DNA of 64,000 bases from Chrysomallon squamiferum. Taxonomy: Eukaryota > Animalia > Mollusca. The stretch is from NCBI GenBank assembly GCA_012295275.1, contig CM022676.1:15066001-15130000 (forward strand). The letters run 5' to 3'. Both the position numbers and the translations under genes were made by a program. The stretch's first letter is position 1. Every line of letters starts with the position of its first letter. The notes beneath the pieces are model-generated. The model worked only from the letters and a program-made list of their open reading frames with translations, had not been told where the DNA came from and did no database searches. Below are positions 13,600 to 25,500 of this stretch, one piece after another.

Positions 13600-15365
13600 T
13601 TGAGATTTCCTTTCTGATCGAAAAAACATTATAGTAGAAACAGAACGCTGGAAACAGATCTCTATGTTCGCCTGCTAGTTGATGCAGACAGAACTAGAAC
13701 ATTTAACAGAGGTTTTCACTATCAACACATTATCATCACTATCTGCATTTAAAGACTCGATACCTTTGTCCTCCAGTTTTCCATCAACAAACGGATGAAG
13801 TGCTGTGCTTATTATTCCTTTTCTGACGTCAGTGTCATTCTCAGTCAGAATGAGACCCGTGAACCGAGTTTCTTCTCCTTTCGTAACATTTTGCCAGATG
13901 GACCTGGTGAAAAACGAAAATGGGATTATCTTAATACCTTTTGAAAAGCCTGATAATCTGTTCACAGATCTACCGACTGGAGTCATGTTACTTCCAATGG
14001 ATTCTGTGAAAGACTGATTCTCCAGCCAATGCGAGATAATCAGTAATGATAGTAGATGGAATGCCACCAAGTAATGGAATGTTCGGCTCTCTGAGATGTT
14101 TGTTGACTTGGTACTTCATGTTTAAACAAGTTAGTTAAATCATTGCCAGTCTTAATATCACCTACAACAGGAAGGCTTCGAAAGTGCAGTTGAGGATCTA
14201 CTCGGACAACAATAGTTTCATTATCTTTGGAAGTAGACTTTTGTCCCATTATTCTGACTGAGACTCCTCTTTTAACGGAATATTCTTATGAAGAGTTGCA
14301 GTACTGACGTCAATAGTTATATGTAGATCAGCAGTGACTTGTCTGTAATTACTCCAATCGCTATGTTTACAGTGTGGTCCGACTGTTGAAATTATACATA
14401 TAATATGTGTATTCTCCGGACTTGATATCCTTGACTTCAACTTTGCAATAATGGATCTAAGTAAGAATCTGCATTCCCTAGTTGACAGATGTTCATGCTA
14501 GCAAAATTAGCAGCCATCACGTTCTCTGTGGCGATCACAGATTACATCTCCTGATGATTTAAGCTGTTGATTAGCTGGATTACAAGGTCCGTGAAAAGGC
14601 CAGCCCCAAACCTGTCGTTCTTTCGCTTTTCAAAACAGAAAGCATAGTTAAAAATAAGAGCTGGACTTCTGTATTTCACTGAGGGTTCCATTAGCCAATG
14701 TATGACCCCGGAAAGCTCTAACGTAGGCTTTGCCATTTAGAAAATAGTTTACATCATTTTTCGGAACAGGTCACTTGAATCACGTCCCTATAACCTCAGG
14801 CGTTCTATTAGGTGCTCAAGGCAGTAAAGATAGGACATCCTGGTGTCATGAATTATTGTGCTTGTTTTAACCATGAATGTTGATGAAAGATAAGGACTGA
14901 ACTGTGCAACGATTCCTCTTTCCAGAGGCAACGAATAACAAAGTGGAATATACTACAAGACGTGTTGGTGTGATTCATATCCATCATGGTAGGAAGAGAA
15001 GAGATGATTTTCCAGGAAGATCATCCTTGCATTCTGACTGCATCATTCCTGACCATTCAGTTCTTCTGAGACGAAGTCGCAAGGATATCGTCCTGAGAAG
15101 ATTAAGCTTGACATCACGTCTTCTGTAGTTATGTCAGGCAGCTTTTCGTACACTGGTGCTGAGACCTGTCCAAGAAATCTGTTACAATATCGGGTTGCAC
15201 TGTTTGCTTAAAGGACTTGATCCGATGAATTTGCGAGTCTTGGTATGTGCCACTTCTCTGTCCATCCAACTCAGTATTCCACTCCAATCTAGTGCGCGGA
15301 GGTCATGGTTGATGACCAAACAGACCCGATTTGGGGCAGGTATCAATCAGATTTCTGCATTGTAG
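13600..15365 (-). mobile_element. Decayed large invertebrate DNA-transposon-type ORF (many stops and frameshifts)
   Basis: Minus-strand fragments occur in the expected order: NHDLRALD, EWSGMMQ, PGKSSLLFLP-MMDMN...YSTLLFV, DRFGAGLFTDLVIQ, VDPQLHFRSL...DLTNLFKHE, NADSDDNVLIVKTSV, LAGEHRDL. They resemble from memory the motifs DHNIRTLDG, WSGMMQ, PGKSSVxFLPMIDMNP, DRFWAGLSTDLVIEQ, DPQLLFQRL...FKHEL, ADGDADVLIVKTAV and VGEDTDL of a widespread transposase-like family. No termini were identified. Confidence 0.65.
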
Positions 15366-15530
15366 GAACAACAGAAAACTTTATCATAGTGCACGTATAT
15401 GTAGCAATATTCATAGTGACCCTACAACTCAGAGGCAATGAAAAATAAAATACTACTACAACTACTATTACTACTACTACTACTATATAATAATAATAAT
15501 AATAATACTACTAAAATAATAATAATAATA

Positions 15531-15565
<35 letters not shown>

Positions 15566-15853
15566 AATAATAATAATAATACATTATTCATTCTTGGTTA
15601 ACCCATTCCCTGGCTTATATCTACTGGAGAAATAATTAAGATTAATTTCATACAGATATTTTACAATTTTAATTATTTCTTTATATATGTATGTTTATGT
15701 TTGTTTATACAATTTAATTTTTATTTATTGGTTTATTCGTATATTTATTTATTTATTTATTTATTTATTTCCGTATGTTTGTATTTATTTATACAATTTA
15801 ATTTTTATTTATTGGTTTATTTGTATATTTGTATATTTATTTATTTATTTATT

Positions 15854-15910
<57 letters not shown>

Positions 15911-16477
15911 TAAATTCTCTTCACTACATTTAATATTAGTTTAAATATTTGCTACTGCCGCGTACGAGTCAGTCAGTTCACCTAAGCACATTTGTCTTAT
16001 TGTTATCGGCTGCACGTGTATTTCTGTCTGTCCTTGCATATTAGTCAGATCTCTCACATCGTATCCAAATTTGTATTTGTGTCAGAACTGTTTACCACAA
16101 CGTGATCAAACTCAAAATGATATCGACCAACGTTGATGACAGCATAACAAAAATTAATGTGTTAATATTTTAACTGTTTGTGACTAGTGTTCAACATCGA
16201 CTTTGAATATACAGCTTCGTTCTTCACAGGTTAAGTTTACTGTATATTTACTTTCATCTTCCATCATCATCATCATTATCGTTGTTGTAATAATAATAAC
16301 AATAATAACGATAATAATTATGATGATGTTGTTGATGATGATGATTATATTAATGAAAATAACAATAATAATAATGAAATAGACATTGTTAACGTAGATA
16401 CATCTGCCTGTAGAGATTTCCATTAATTTTCAGTTTAACTCTTCGAGTTTTTGTATATAAAGGTTCATTTCTGCGTG

Positions 16478-16528
<51 letters not shown>

Positions 16529-16701
16529 GTTGTTGTTGTTGCTATCATTATTATTCTTATTCTTATTGTTATAATAATTATTATTATTTTATTATTATTA
16601 TTTTATTATTATTATTATTATTATTATTGTTATTATTGTTGTTAGATAGATAGATGGATAGATAAATAAAATATATTTGCACCATTCTCTTCTTCAGTAA
16701 G

Positions 16702-16887
16702 ATGAACGTGTGGCAGCTGACAGTTGTTTGTGTTCTTGTTTTGCTCGGTGAGGTGGAATCATGCAATCCAGGGGAACTGATAAACAAACATTTCCAGCCA
16801 TGTACGTACACATTTCCAAAAGAAATCCAAAGCACCGCTTCCAAATTCGAGCTGCCCTGCAGACGTCTCCGATTATGCTATGCCTGT
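16702..16887 (+). CDS. Conodipine/group IX PLA2-like secreted protein, divergent paralog D, coding exon 1
   Basis: Signal peptide MNVWQLTVVCVLVLLGEVESC. Motif FELPCRRLRLCYAC has HD replaced by LR. Phase-0 donor TGT|GTAAAT at 16888, at the same position as in copies A-C. Confidence 0.8.
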
Positions 16888-16902
16888 GTAAATTATATTC
16901 TT

Positions 16903-17215
<313 letters not shown>

Positions 17216-17409
17216 AGAAATATGAAAACATACACACAGAGAAGTATAAACATACAAAGATAAACGTACAAATGCAGAAAAATATTTAAAAATGTGGAAC
17301 TGAAGAGAGAGGTAGATTTACATAGAAAAATGTACACATATAGAAACACCATACGAAATATAAAGCTCACAGTTCTACGTTTGTTGAAACATTTCTATTT
17401 CGTTTGAAG

Positions 17410-17604
17410 GGCAGACAGATAGATGTTTCGAAAGAGTTGTGTGATTTGATGTTCTTCAAGCATCTGGAAAGCGCTTGCGATTTCGAAGATCATTGCTTCC
17501 AAACAGTTATGAAGTTTTATGTAGAAAACACAAAACAGCAACTTATGAACCAAATACCTCCGACTTGGTGCAGACAAAACTGGGTTACCATTTGCGTAAT
17601 TTGA
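17410..17604 (+). CDS. Conodipine/group IX PLA2-like secreted protein, divergent paralog D, coding exon 2
   Basis: Acceptor ttttcgtttgaag|GGC. Encodes GRQIDVSKELCDLMFFKHLESACDFEDHC...PPTWCRQNWVTICVI*. It has the same length (195 nt) and Cys spacing as exon 2 of A-C, and the C-terminal P-x-W-C-x3-W-V-x2-C is typical of conodipine-like proteins. Confidence 0.82.
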   Translation, partial: GRQIDVSKELCDLMFFKHLESACDFEDHCFQTVMKFYVENTKQQLMNQIPPTWCRQNWVTICVI

Positions 17605-17834
17605 TAACAGCCATTAGAAGACGCCGGAGAGATTCGTATTTCTTTTGTAATATCAGTGCTAATTTTGCTGACTTCAATATATCCACGAATAAAACTTTTA
17701 GAAAGTTACTAAATACTTACTTTATAGGTTAATCAACCAATTTATTAATAAATTATTTATTTATTTATTAATGTTTAAATTTTGAACATGCTTTGGAATT
17801 GAATTATTATTATTTTTATTGTTATCGTTGTCAT

Positions 17835-18355
17835 TAGAAATATGAGTGTCAGTGCGTGTCGGTATATAAATATCAGTGTGTGTATGTGCCAGTATATAAA
17901 TATGATTGTCTGCGTTTCAGTATATAAAGATGAATGTCTGTGTTTCAGTATATAAATATTAGAGAGTGTATGTGTCAATACAAATATCAACGTTTGTCCG
18001 CGTTAGTATATAAATATTAGTCTCAGTACCTGTCAGTATAAAAATTTAGTGTCAGTATATAAATATCACTGTTCGTATATGTGAATATAAATATCACGTG
18101 TATATGTATCAGTATATAACTATCAGTCTATGTATATGTTAATGTGTGTATGTGCCAATATAATTTTCAATTTGTATATGTTTCAGCATATAAATATCAG
18201 TCTGTATACGTGCCAGTGTTTATATGTCAACATAAACATGCGTTTCTATATATGTCAGTATACATATCAGTGTGTGTATTTGTCAGCATATAAATACCAG
18301 TATATATACATGTCAGAATAAATATATGTTTACGTATGTGCCAGTATATAAATGT
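17835..18355. repeat. Degenerate ~28-30-bp minisatellite (core CAGTATATAAATATCAGT)
   Basis: Recurring cagtatataaatat motif at roughly 28-30-bp spacing. Confidence 0.8.
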
Positions 18356-19378
18356 TAGTGCACGCACACACACAGACACACATACACACACATACATACT
18401 GTATATACTGTATATATTGTATATATAAGCTGTATACCAATGTGTGTATATCAGTGTATGTGTCAGTATGTCTATGTTTCAGTATAGGTGTTTTTTCTCA
18501 GTTTGTATATGTCAGTATGTACGATTGTCACTGGGTGTCACTGTGCATGGATGCCAGTGTGAATGTGTCATTATGTGTGCCTTTAGTGTGCGTTATTATG
18601 TATTCAGGTTGGCGGTGTATGTGTTATTACGTGTGTTTTTCATTATTTCACTGTGAGTGTGTCTGAATGTATTCATGGTAATGTGTGTCCCTACGTATCA
18701 CTCTGTATTTATTCGTATGTGCCGGTTTGTGTGTTTGATAATGTATGCATTTTTCTGTGAATGTGGCTGTGTGCGTCTATCTGTGCGTATATTTGTCAGT
18801 GGGTATATGTCAGAGAATGTTTTAGTGTATGTATGCACCAGTTTTGATACCTCAGTGTATATGAATACATATTTCTGTAAGTAAATGCCTTTAAATGTGT
18901 GTGTGTGTTTTTATGTGTGCGTGTGTATGAATATATATATATATATAGAGATAGATAGAGAGAGAGATAAATCAAATTGCTGTAAGTAAAATATACATGC
19001 ATAAATAAAGACGAAGAAAAAGCACACAGATCATAAACATACAAAAACACATATACATGCACGTGTAGACCAAGACAGATGGCTTGATAGACAGATATAT
19101 ACGTAGGAAGGCAGAAAGAGAGACCGTTAGACACAGACAGATAGACAGACAGACAGATAGGCAGATACAGAGATAGACAGACAGATTGACTGACTGACAG
19201 ATTTACTGACAGACAAATGTAGAGAAATGATATTTATTCATTTACTTATTTACTTCTTTCCTTCTGTACTTATTTATTTATTAATTTATTCATTTATCTC
19301 TTTGCTTGTGTACTGAATTTCATTATCATTATTTTGATTATTATCAATAACGTTATTTTATTTATTTTATTTTGCAGA

Positions 19379-19561
19379 ATGTTCATCCTTTTGGTGTGTT
19401 TTTATTTCGTATTTTCTGTCGCTGACGTGCACTGTTGTTTCTTTAAGAAGCGTAGTGAGATAATACTGAAGGGTTGGGAACGAGACATCCGTACTGAAAT
19501 GAGGAAATTTTTACCCATGTTTGACAGTTCGTGTAAACGATATGACCTCTATTACATTTGT
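19379..19561 (+). CDS. Conodipine/group IX PLA2-like secreted protein, copy B, coding exon 1
   Basis: ttttgcag acceptor then ATG. Encodes MFILLVCFYFVFSVADVHCCFFKKRSEIILKGWERDIRTEMRKFLPMFDSSCKRYDLYYIC. Donor GTAAGT at 19562. Same 183-nt length as copy A. Confidence 0.78.
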
Positions 19562-19567
19562 GTAAGT

Positions 19568-22500
19568 AAACGTCCTGTTCTCAATTATCTTTGTGTAAGT
19601 AAACGTCATGATCTCAGTTATCTTTGTGTAAGTAAACGCCCTGATATCAGTTATCTTTGTGTAAGTAAACGTCCTGATATCAGTTATCTTTGTGTAACAA
19701 AACGTCCTGATCTCAGTTATCTTGGTGTAAGTAAACGTCCTGATCTCAGTTATCTTTGTGTAAGTAAACGTCCTGATATCAGTTATCTTTGTGTAAGTAA
19801 ACGTCCTGATCTCAGTTATCTTTGTGTAAGGAAACGTCCTGATATGAGTTATCTTTGTGTAACAAAACGTCCTGATCTCAGTTATCTTTGTGTATCTTTG
19901 TGTAAACGTCCTGATCTCAGTTATCTTTCTTTGTGTAAGTAAACGTCCTGATCTCAGTTATCTTTGTGTAAGTAAACGTCCTGATCTCAGTTATCTTTGT
20001 GTAAGTAAAACGTCCTGATCTCAGTTATCTTTGTGTAAGTAAACGTCCTGTCTCAGTTATCTTTGTGTAACAAAACGTCATGATCTCAGTTATTTGTGTA
20101 AAAACGTCCTGATCTGATATCATCTGTGTGTTATAAACGTCCTGATCTCAGTTATCTTTGTGTGTAAACGTCCTGATATCAGTTATCTTTGTGTAAAAAC
20201 GTCCTGATATCAGTTATCTTTGTGTAAAAAACGTCCTGATCTCAGTTATCTTTGTAAATAAACGTCCTGATCTCAGTTATCTTTTTGTGTAAAAACGTCC
20301 TGATCTCAGTTATCTTTGTGTAAGTAAACGTCCTGATCTCAGTTATCTTTGTGTAAGTAAACGTCCTGATCTCAGTTATCTTTGTGTAAGTAAACGTCCT
20401 GATCTCAGTTATCTTTGTGTAAGTAAACGTCCTGATCTCAGTTATCTTCGTGTAACAAAACGTCCTGATCTCAGTTATCTTTGTGTAAGTAAACGTCCTG
20501 ATCTCAGTTATCTTTGTGTAAGTAAACGTCCTGATCTCAGTTATCTTTGTGTTGTAAAAACGTCCTGATCTCAGTTATCTTTTTGTGTAGTAAACGTCCT
20601 GATCTCAGTTATCTTTGTGTAAAACGTCCGTCCTGATCTCAGTTATCTTTGTGTAAGTAAACGTCCTGTTTCTGATGATCAGTTATCTTTGTGTAAAACG
20701 TCCTGATCTCAGTTATCTTTGTGTAAAGTAAACGTCCTGATCTCAGTTATCTTTGTGTAAAAAACGTCCTGATCTCAGTTATCTTTGTGTAAGTAAACGT
20801 CCTGATCTCAGTTATCTTTGTGTAACAAAACGTCCTGATCTCAGTTATCTTTGTGTAAGTAAACGTCCTGATCTCAGTTATCTTTGTGTAAGTAAACGTC
20901 CTGATCTCAGTTATCTTTGTGTAAGTAAACGTCCTGATCTCAGTTATCTTTGTGTAAGTAAACGTCCTGTCCTGATCTCAGTTATCTTTTGTGTAAGTAA
21001 AAACGTCCTGATCTCAGTTATCTTTGTGTAAGTAAACGTCCTGATCTCAGTTATCTTTTTTTGTGTAACAAACGTCCTGATCTCAGTTATCTTTTGTGTA
21101 AGTAAACGTCCTGATCTCAGTTATCTTTGTGTAAGTAAACGTCCTGATCTCAGTTATCTTTGTGTAACAAAACGTCCTGATCTCAGTTATCTTTGTGTAA
21201 GTAAACGTCCTGATCCTCTCAGTTGTGTTTTATCTTTGTGTAAAAAAACGTCCTGATCTCTCAGTATATTTTGTGTAAAAAACGTCCTGATCTCAGTTAT
21301 CTTTGTGTAACAAAACGTCCTGATCTCAGTTATCTTTTGTAAGTAAACGTCCTAAAACGTCCTGATCTCGTCCTGATCTCAGTCTTTTGTGTAAGTAAAC
21401 GTCCTGATCTCAGTTATCTTTCTTTGTGTAAGTAAACGTCCTGATCTCAGTTATCTTTGTGTAAAGTAAACGTCCTGATCTCAGTTATCTTTGTGTAACA
21501 AAAAACGTCCTGATCTCAGTTATCTTTGTGTAAGTAAACGTCCTGATCTCAGTTATCTTTGTGTAAGTAAACGTCCTGATCTCAGTTATCTTTGTGTAAG
21601 TAAAAACGTCCTGATCTCAGTTATCTTTTTGTAAGTAAACGTCCTGATCTCAGTTATTTTCTTTGTGTAAAAGTAAACGTCCTGATCTCAGTTATCTTTG
21701 TGTAAGTAAACGTCCCTGATCTCAGTTATCTTTGTGTAAAGTAAACGTCCTGATCTCAGTTATCTTTGTGTAAACGTCCTGATCTCAGTTATCTTTGTGT
21801 AAGTAAACGTCCTGATCTCAGTTATCTTTGTGTAAGTAAACGTCCTGATCTCAGTTATCTTTGTGTAAGTAAACGTCCTGATCTCAGTTATCTTTGTGTA
21901 AGTAAACGTCCTGATCTCAGTTATCTTTGTGTAAGTAAACGTCCTGATCTCAATTATCTTTGTGTAAGTAAACGTCCTGATCTCAGTTATCTTTGTGTAA
22001 GTAAACGTCCTGATCTCAGTTATCTTTGTAAGTAAACGTCCTGATCTCAGTTTATCTTTGTGTAAGTAAACGTCCTGATCTCAGTTATCTTTGTGTAAGT
22101 AAACGTCCTGATCTCAGTTATCTTTGTGTAAAACGTCCTGATCTCAGTTATCTCTTTGTAAGTAAACGTCCTGATCTCAGTTATCTTTTTGTGTAAGTAA
22201 ACGTCCTGATCTCAGTTATCTTTGTGTAAGTAAACGTCCTGATCTCAGTTATCTTTGTGTAAAAAAACGTCCTGATCTCAGTTATTATCTTTGTGTAAGT
22301 AAACGTCCTGATCTCAGTTATCTTTTTGTGTAAGTAAACGTCCTGATCTCAGTTATCTTTTGTGTAAGTAAACGTCCTGATCTCAGTTATCTTTGTTTGT
22401 AAGTAAAAAACGTCCTGATCTCAGTTATCTTTTGTGTAAGTAAACGTCCTGATCTCAGTTATCTTTGTGTAAGTAAAAACGTCCTGATCTCAGTTATCTT

Positions 22501-25500
22501 TGTGTGTAAAAACGTCCTGATCTCAGTTATCTTTGTGTAAAAAACGTCCTGATCTCAGTTATCTTTGTGTAAACGTCCTGATCTCAGTTATCGTCCTGAT
22601 CTCAGTTATCAGTTTTTTGTGTAAGTAAACGTCCTGATCTCAGTTATCTTTTTGTAAGTAACAAACGTCCTGATCTCAGTTATCTTTGTGTAAGTAAACG
22701 TCCTGATCTCAGTTATCTTTGTGTAAGTAAACGTCCTGATCTCAGTTATCTTTGTGTAAGTAAACGTCCTGATCTCAGTTATCTTTGTGTAAACAAACGT
22801 CCTGATCTCAGTTATCTTTTTATCTTTGTGTAAGTAAACGTCCTGATCTCAGTTATCTTTGTGTAAAAACGTCGTCCTGATCTCAGTTATCTTTGTGTAA
22901 GTAAACGTCCTGATTCTCAGTTATCTTTGTGTGTAAAACGTCGTCCTGAATCAGTTATCCTTTGTGTAAGTAAACGTCCTGATCTCAGTTATCTTTTTGT
23001 AAAGTAAAACGTCCTGATCTCAGTTATCTTTGTGTAAGTAAACGTCCTGATCTCAGTTATCTTTTGTAAAGTAAACGTCCTGATCTCAGTTATCTTTGTG
23101 TAAAGTAAACGTCCTGATCTCAGTTATCTTTTGTGTAAGTAAACGTCCTGATCTCAGTTATCTTTGTGTAAGTAAAACGTCCTGATCTCAGTTATCTTTG
23201 TGTAAGTAAAACGTCCTGATCTCAGTTATCTTTGTGTAAGTAAACGTCCTGATCTCAGTTATCTTTGTGTAAGTAAACGTCCTCCTGATCTCAGTTATCT
23301 TTGTGTAAAAAAACGTCCTGATCTCAGTTATCTTTTTGTAAGTAAACGTCCTGATCTCAGTTATCTTTGTGTAAGTAAACGTCCTGATCTCAGTTATCTT
23401 TGTGTAAGTAAACGTCCTGATCTCAGTTATCTTTTGTGTAAGTAAACGTCCTGATATCTCAGTTATCTTTTTGTGTAAGTAAACGTCCTGATCTCAGTTA
23501 TCTTTGTGTAAGTAAAAACGTCCTGATCTCAGTTATCTTTGTGTAAGTAAACGTCCTGATCTCAGTTATCTTTGTGTAAGTAAACGTCCTGATCTCAGTT
23601 ATCTTTGTGTAAGTAAACGTCCTGATCTCAGTTATCTTTGTGTGTAAGTAAACGTCCTGATCTCAGTTATCTTTGTGTAAACGTCCTGATATCGTCCTGA
23701 TATCAAACGTTATCTTTTTATGTAAGTAAAACGTCCTGATCTCTCAGTTATCTTTGTGTAAAAGTAAACGTCCTGATCTCAGTTATCTTTGTGTAAGTAA
23801 ACGTCCTGATCTCATCATCTTTTTGTGTGTAAGTAAACGTCCTGATCTCAGTTATCTTTGTGTGTAAGTAAACGTCCTGATCTCAGTTATCTTTTTGTGT
23901 AAGTAAACGTCCTGATCTCAGTTATCTTTGTGTAAGTAAACGTCCTGATCTCAGTTATCTTTTGTGTAAGTAAACGTCCTGATATCAGTTATCTTTGTGT
24001 AAAGTAAACGTCCTGATCTCAGTTATCTTTGTCCTGATCAATAAACGTCCTGAAACGTCTGATCTCAGTTATCTTTGTGTAAGTAAACGTCCTGATCTCA
24101 GTTATCTTTGTGTAAGTAAACGTCCTGATCTCAGTTATCTTTGTAAAGTAAACGTCCTGATCTCAGTTATCTTTTGTAAGTAAACGTCCTGATCTCAGTT
24201 ATCTTTGTGTAAGTAAACGTCCTGATCTCAGTTATCTTTTGTGTAAGTAAACGTCCTGATCTCAGTTATCTTTGTGTAAGTAAACGTCGTCCTGATCTCA
24301 GTTATCTTTGTGTAAGTAAAACGTCCTGATATCAGTTATCTTTGTGTAAGTAAACGTCCTGATCTCAGTTATCTTTGTGTAAAAAAACGTCCTGATCTCA
24401 GTTATCTTTGTGTAAGTAAAAACGTCCTGATCTCTTTGTTATCTTTTGTGTAAGTAAAACGTCCTGATCTCATTATCTTTGTGTAAGTAAACGTCCTGAT
24501 CTCAGTTATCTTTGTGTAAGTAAACGTCGTCCTGATCTCAGTTATCTCTCAGTTATCTTTTATCTTTGTGTAAGTAAACGTCCTGATCATCAGTTATCTT
24601 TGTGTAAGTAAACGTCCTGATCTCAGTTATCTTTGTGTAAGTAAACGTCCTGATCTCAGTTATCTTTGTGTAAGTAAACGTCCTGATCTCAGTTATCTTT
24701 GTGTAAGTAAACGTCCTGATCTCAGTTATCTTTGTGTAAAGTAAACGTCCTGATCTCAGTTATCTTTGTGTAAGTAAACGTCCTGATCTCAGTTATCTTT
24801 TTGTGTAAGTAAACGTCCTGATCTCAGTTATCTTTTGTGTAAAAAACGTCCTGATCTCAGTTATCTTTGTGTGTAAGTAAACGTCCTGATCTCAGTTATC
24901 TTTGTGTAAAGTAAAAACGTCCTGATCTCAGTTATCTTTGTGTAAGTAAACGTCCTGATCTCAGTTATCTTTGTGTAAGTAAACGTCCTGATCTCAGTTA
25001 TCTTTTGTGTAAGTAAACGTCCTGATCTCAGTTATCTTTTTGTGTAAACGTAAACGTCCTGATCTCAGTTAATCTTTGTGTAAGTAAACGTCCTGATCTC
25101 AGTTATCTTTGTGTAAGTAAAACGTCCTGATCTCAGTTATCTTTGTGTAAAGTAAACGTCCTGATCTCAGTTATCTTTGTGTAAAAAACGTCCTGATCTC
25201 AGTTATCTTTGTGTAAAGTAAACGTCGTCCTGATCTCAGTTATCTTTGTGTAAAAAACGTCCTGATCTCAGTTATCTTTGTGTAAGTAAACGTCCTGATC
25301 TCAGTTATCTTTGTGTAAGTAAACGTCCTGATCTCTCAGTTATCTTTGTGTAAGTAAACGTCCTGATCTCAGTTATCTTTTTGTAAGTAAACGTCCTGAT
25401 CTCAGTTATCTTTTGTAAGTGTCCTGATCTCAGTTATCTTTGTAAAAAACGTCCTGATCTCAGTTATCTTTGTGTAAGTAAACGTCCTGATCTCAGTTAT

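Noticed and set aside
15156-15365. 69-aa plus-strand ORF conserved at 41534-41743
   Set aside because: Conservation only reflects the recent inverted duplication. It is antisense to the decayed transposon ORF.
17835-18355. Repeated TATATAAA as a multi-TATA promoter for copy B
   Set aside because: The motif is expected in an AT-rich minisatellite, is absent upstream of copies A and C, and no transcription start can be located from sequence alone.
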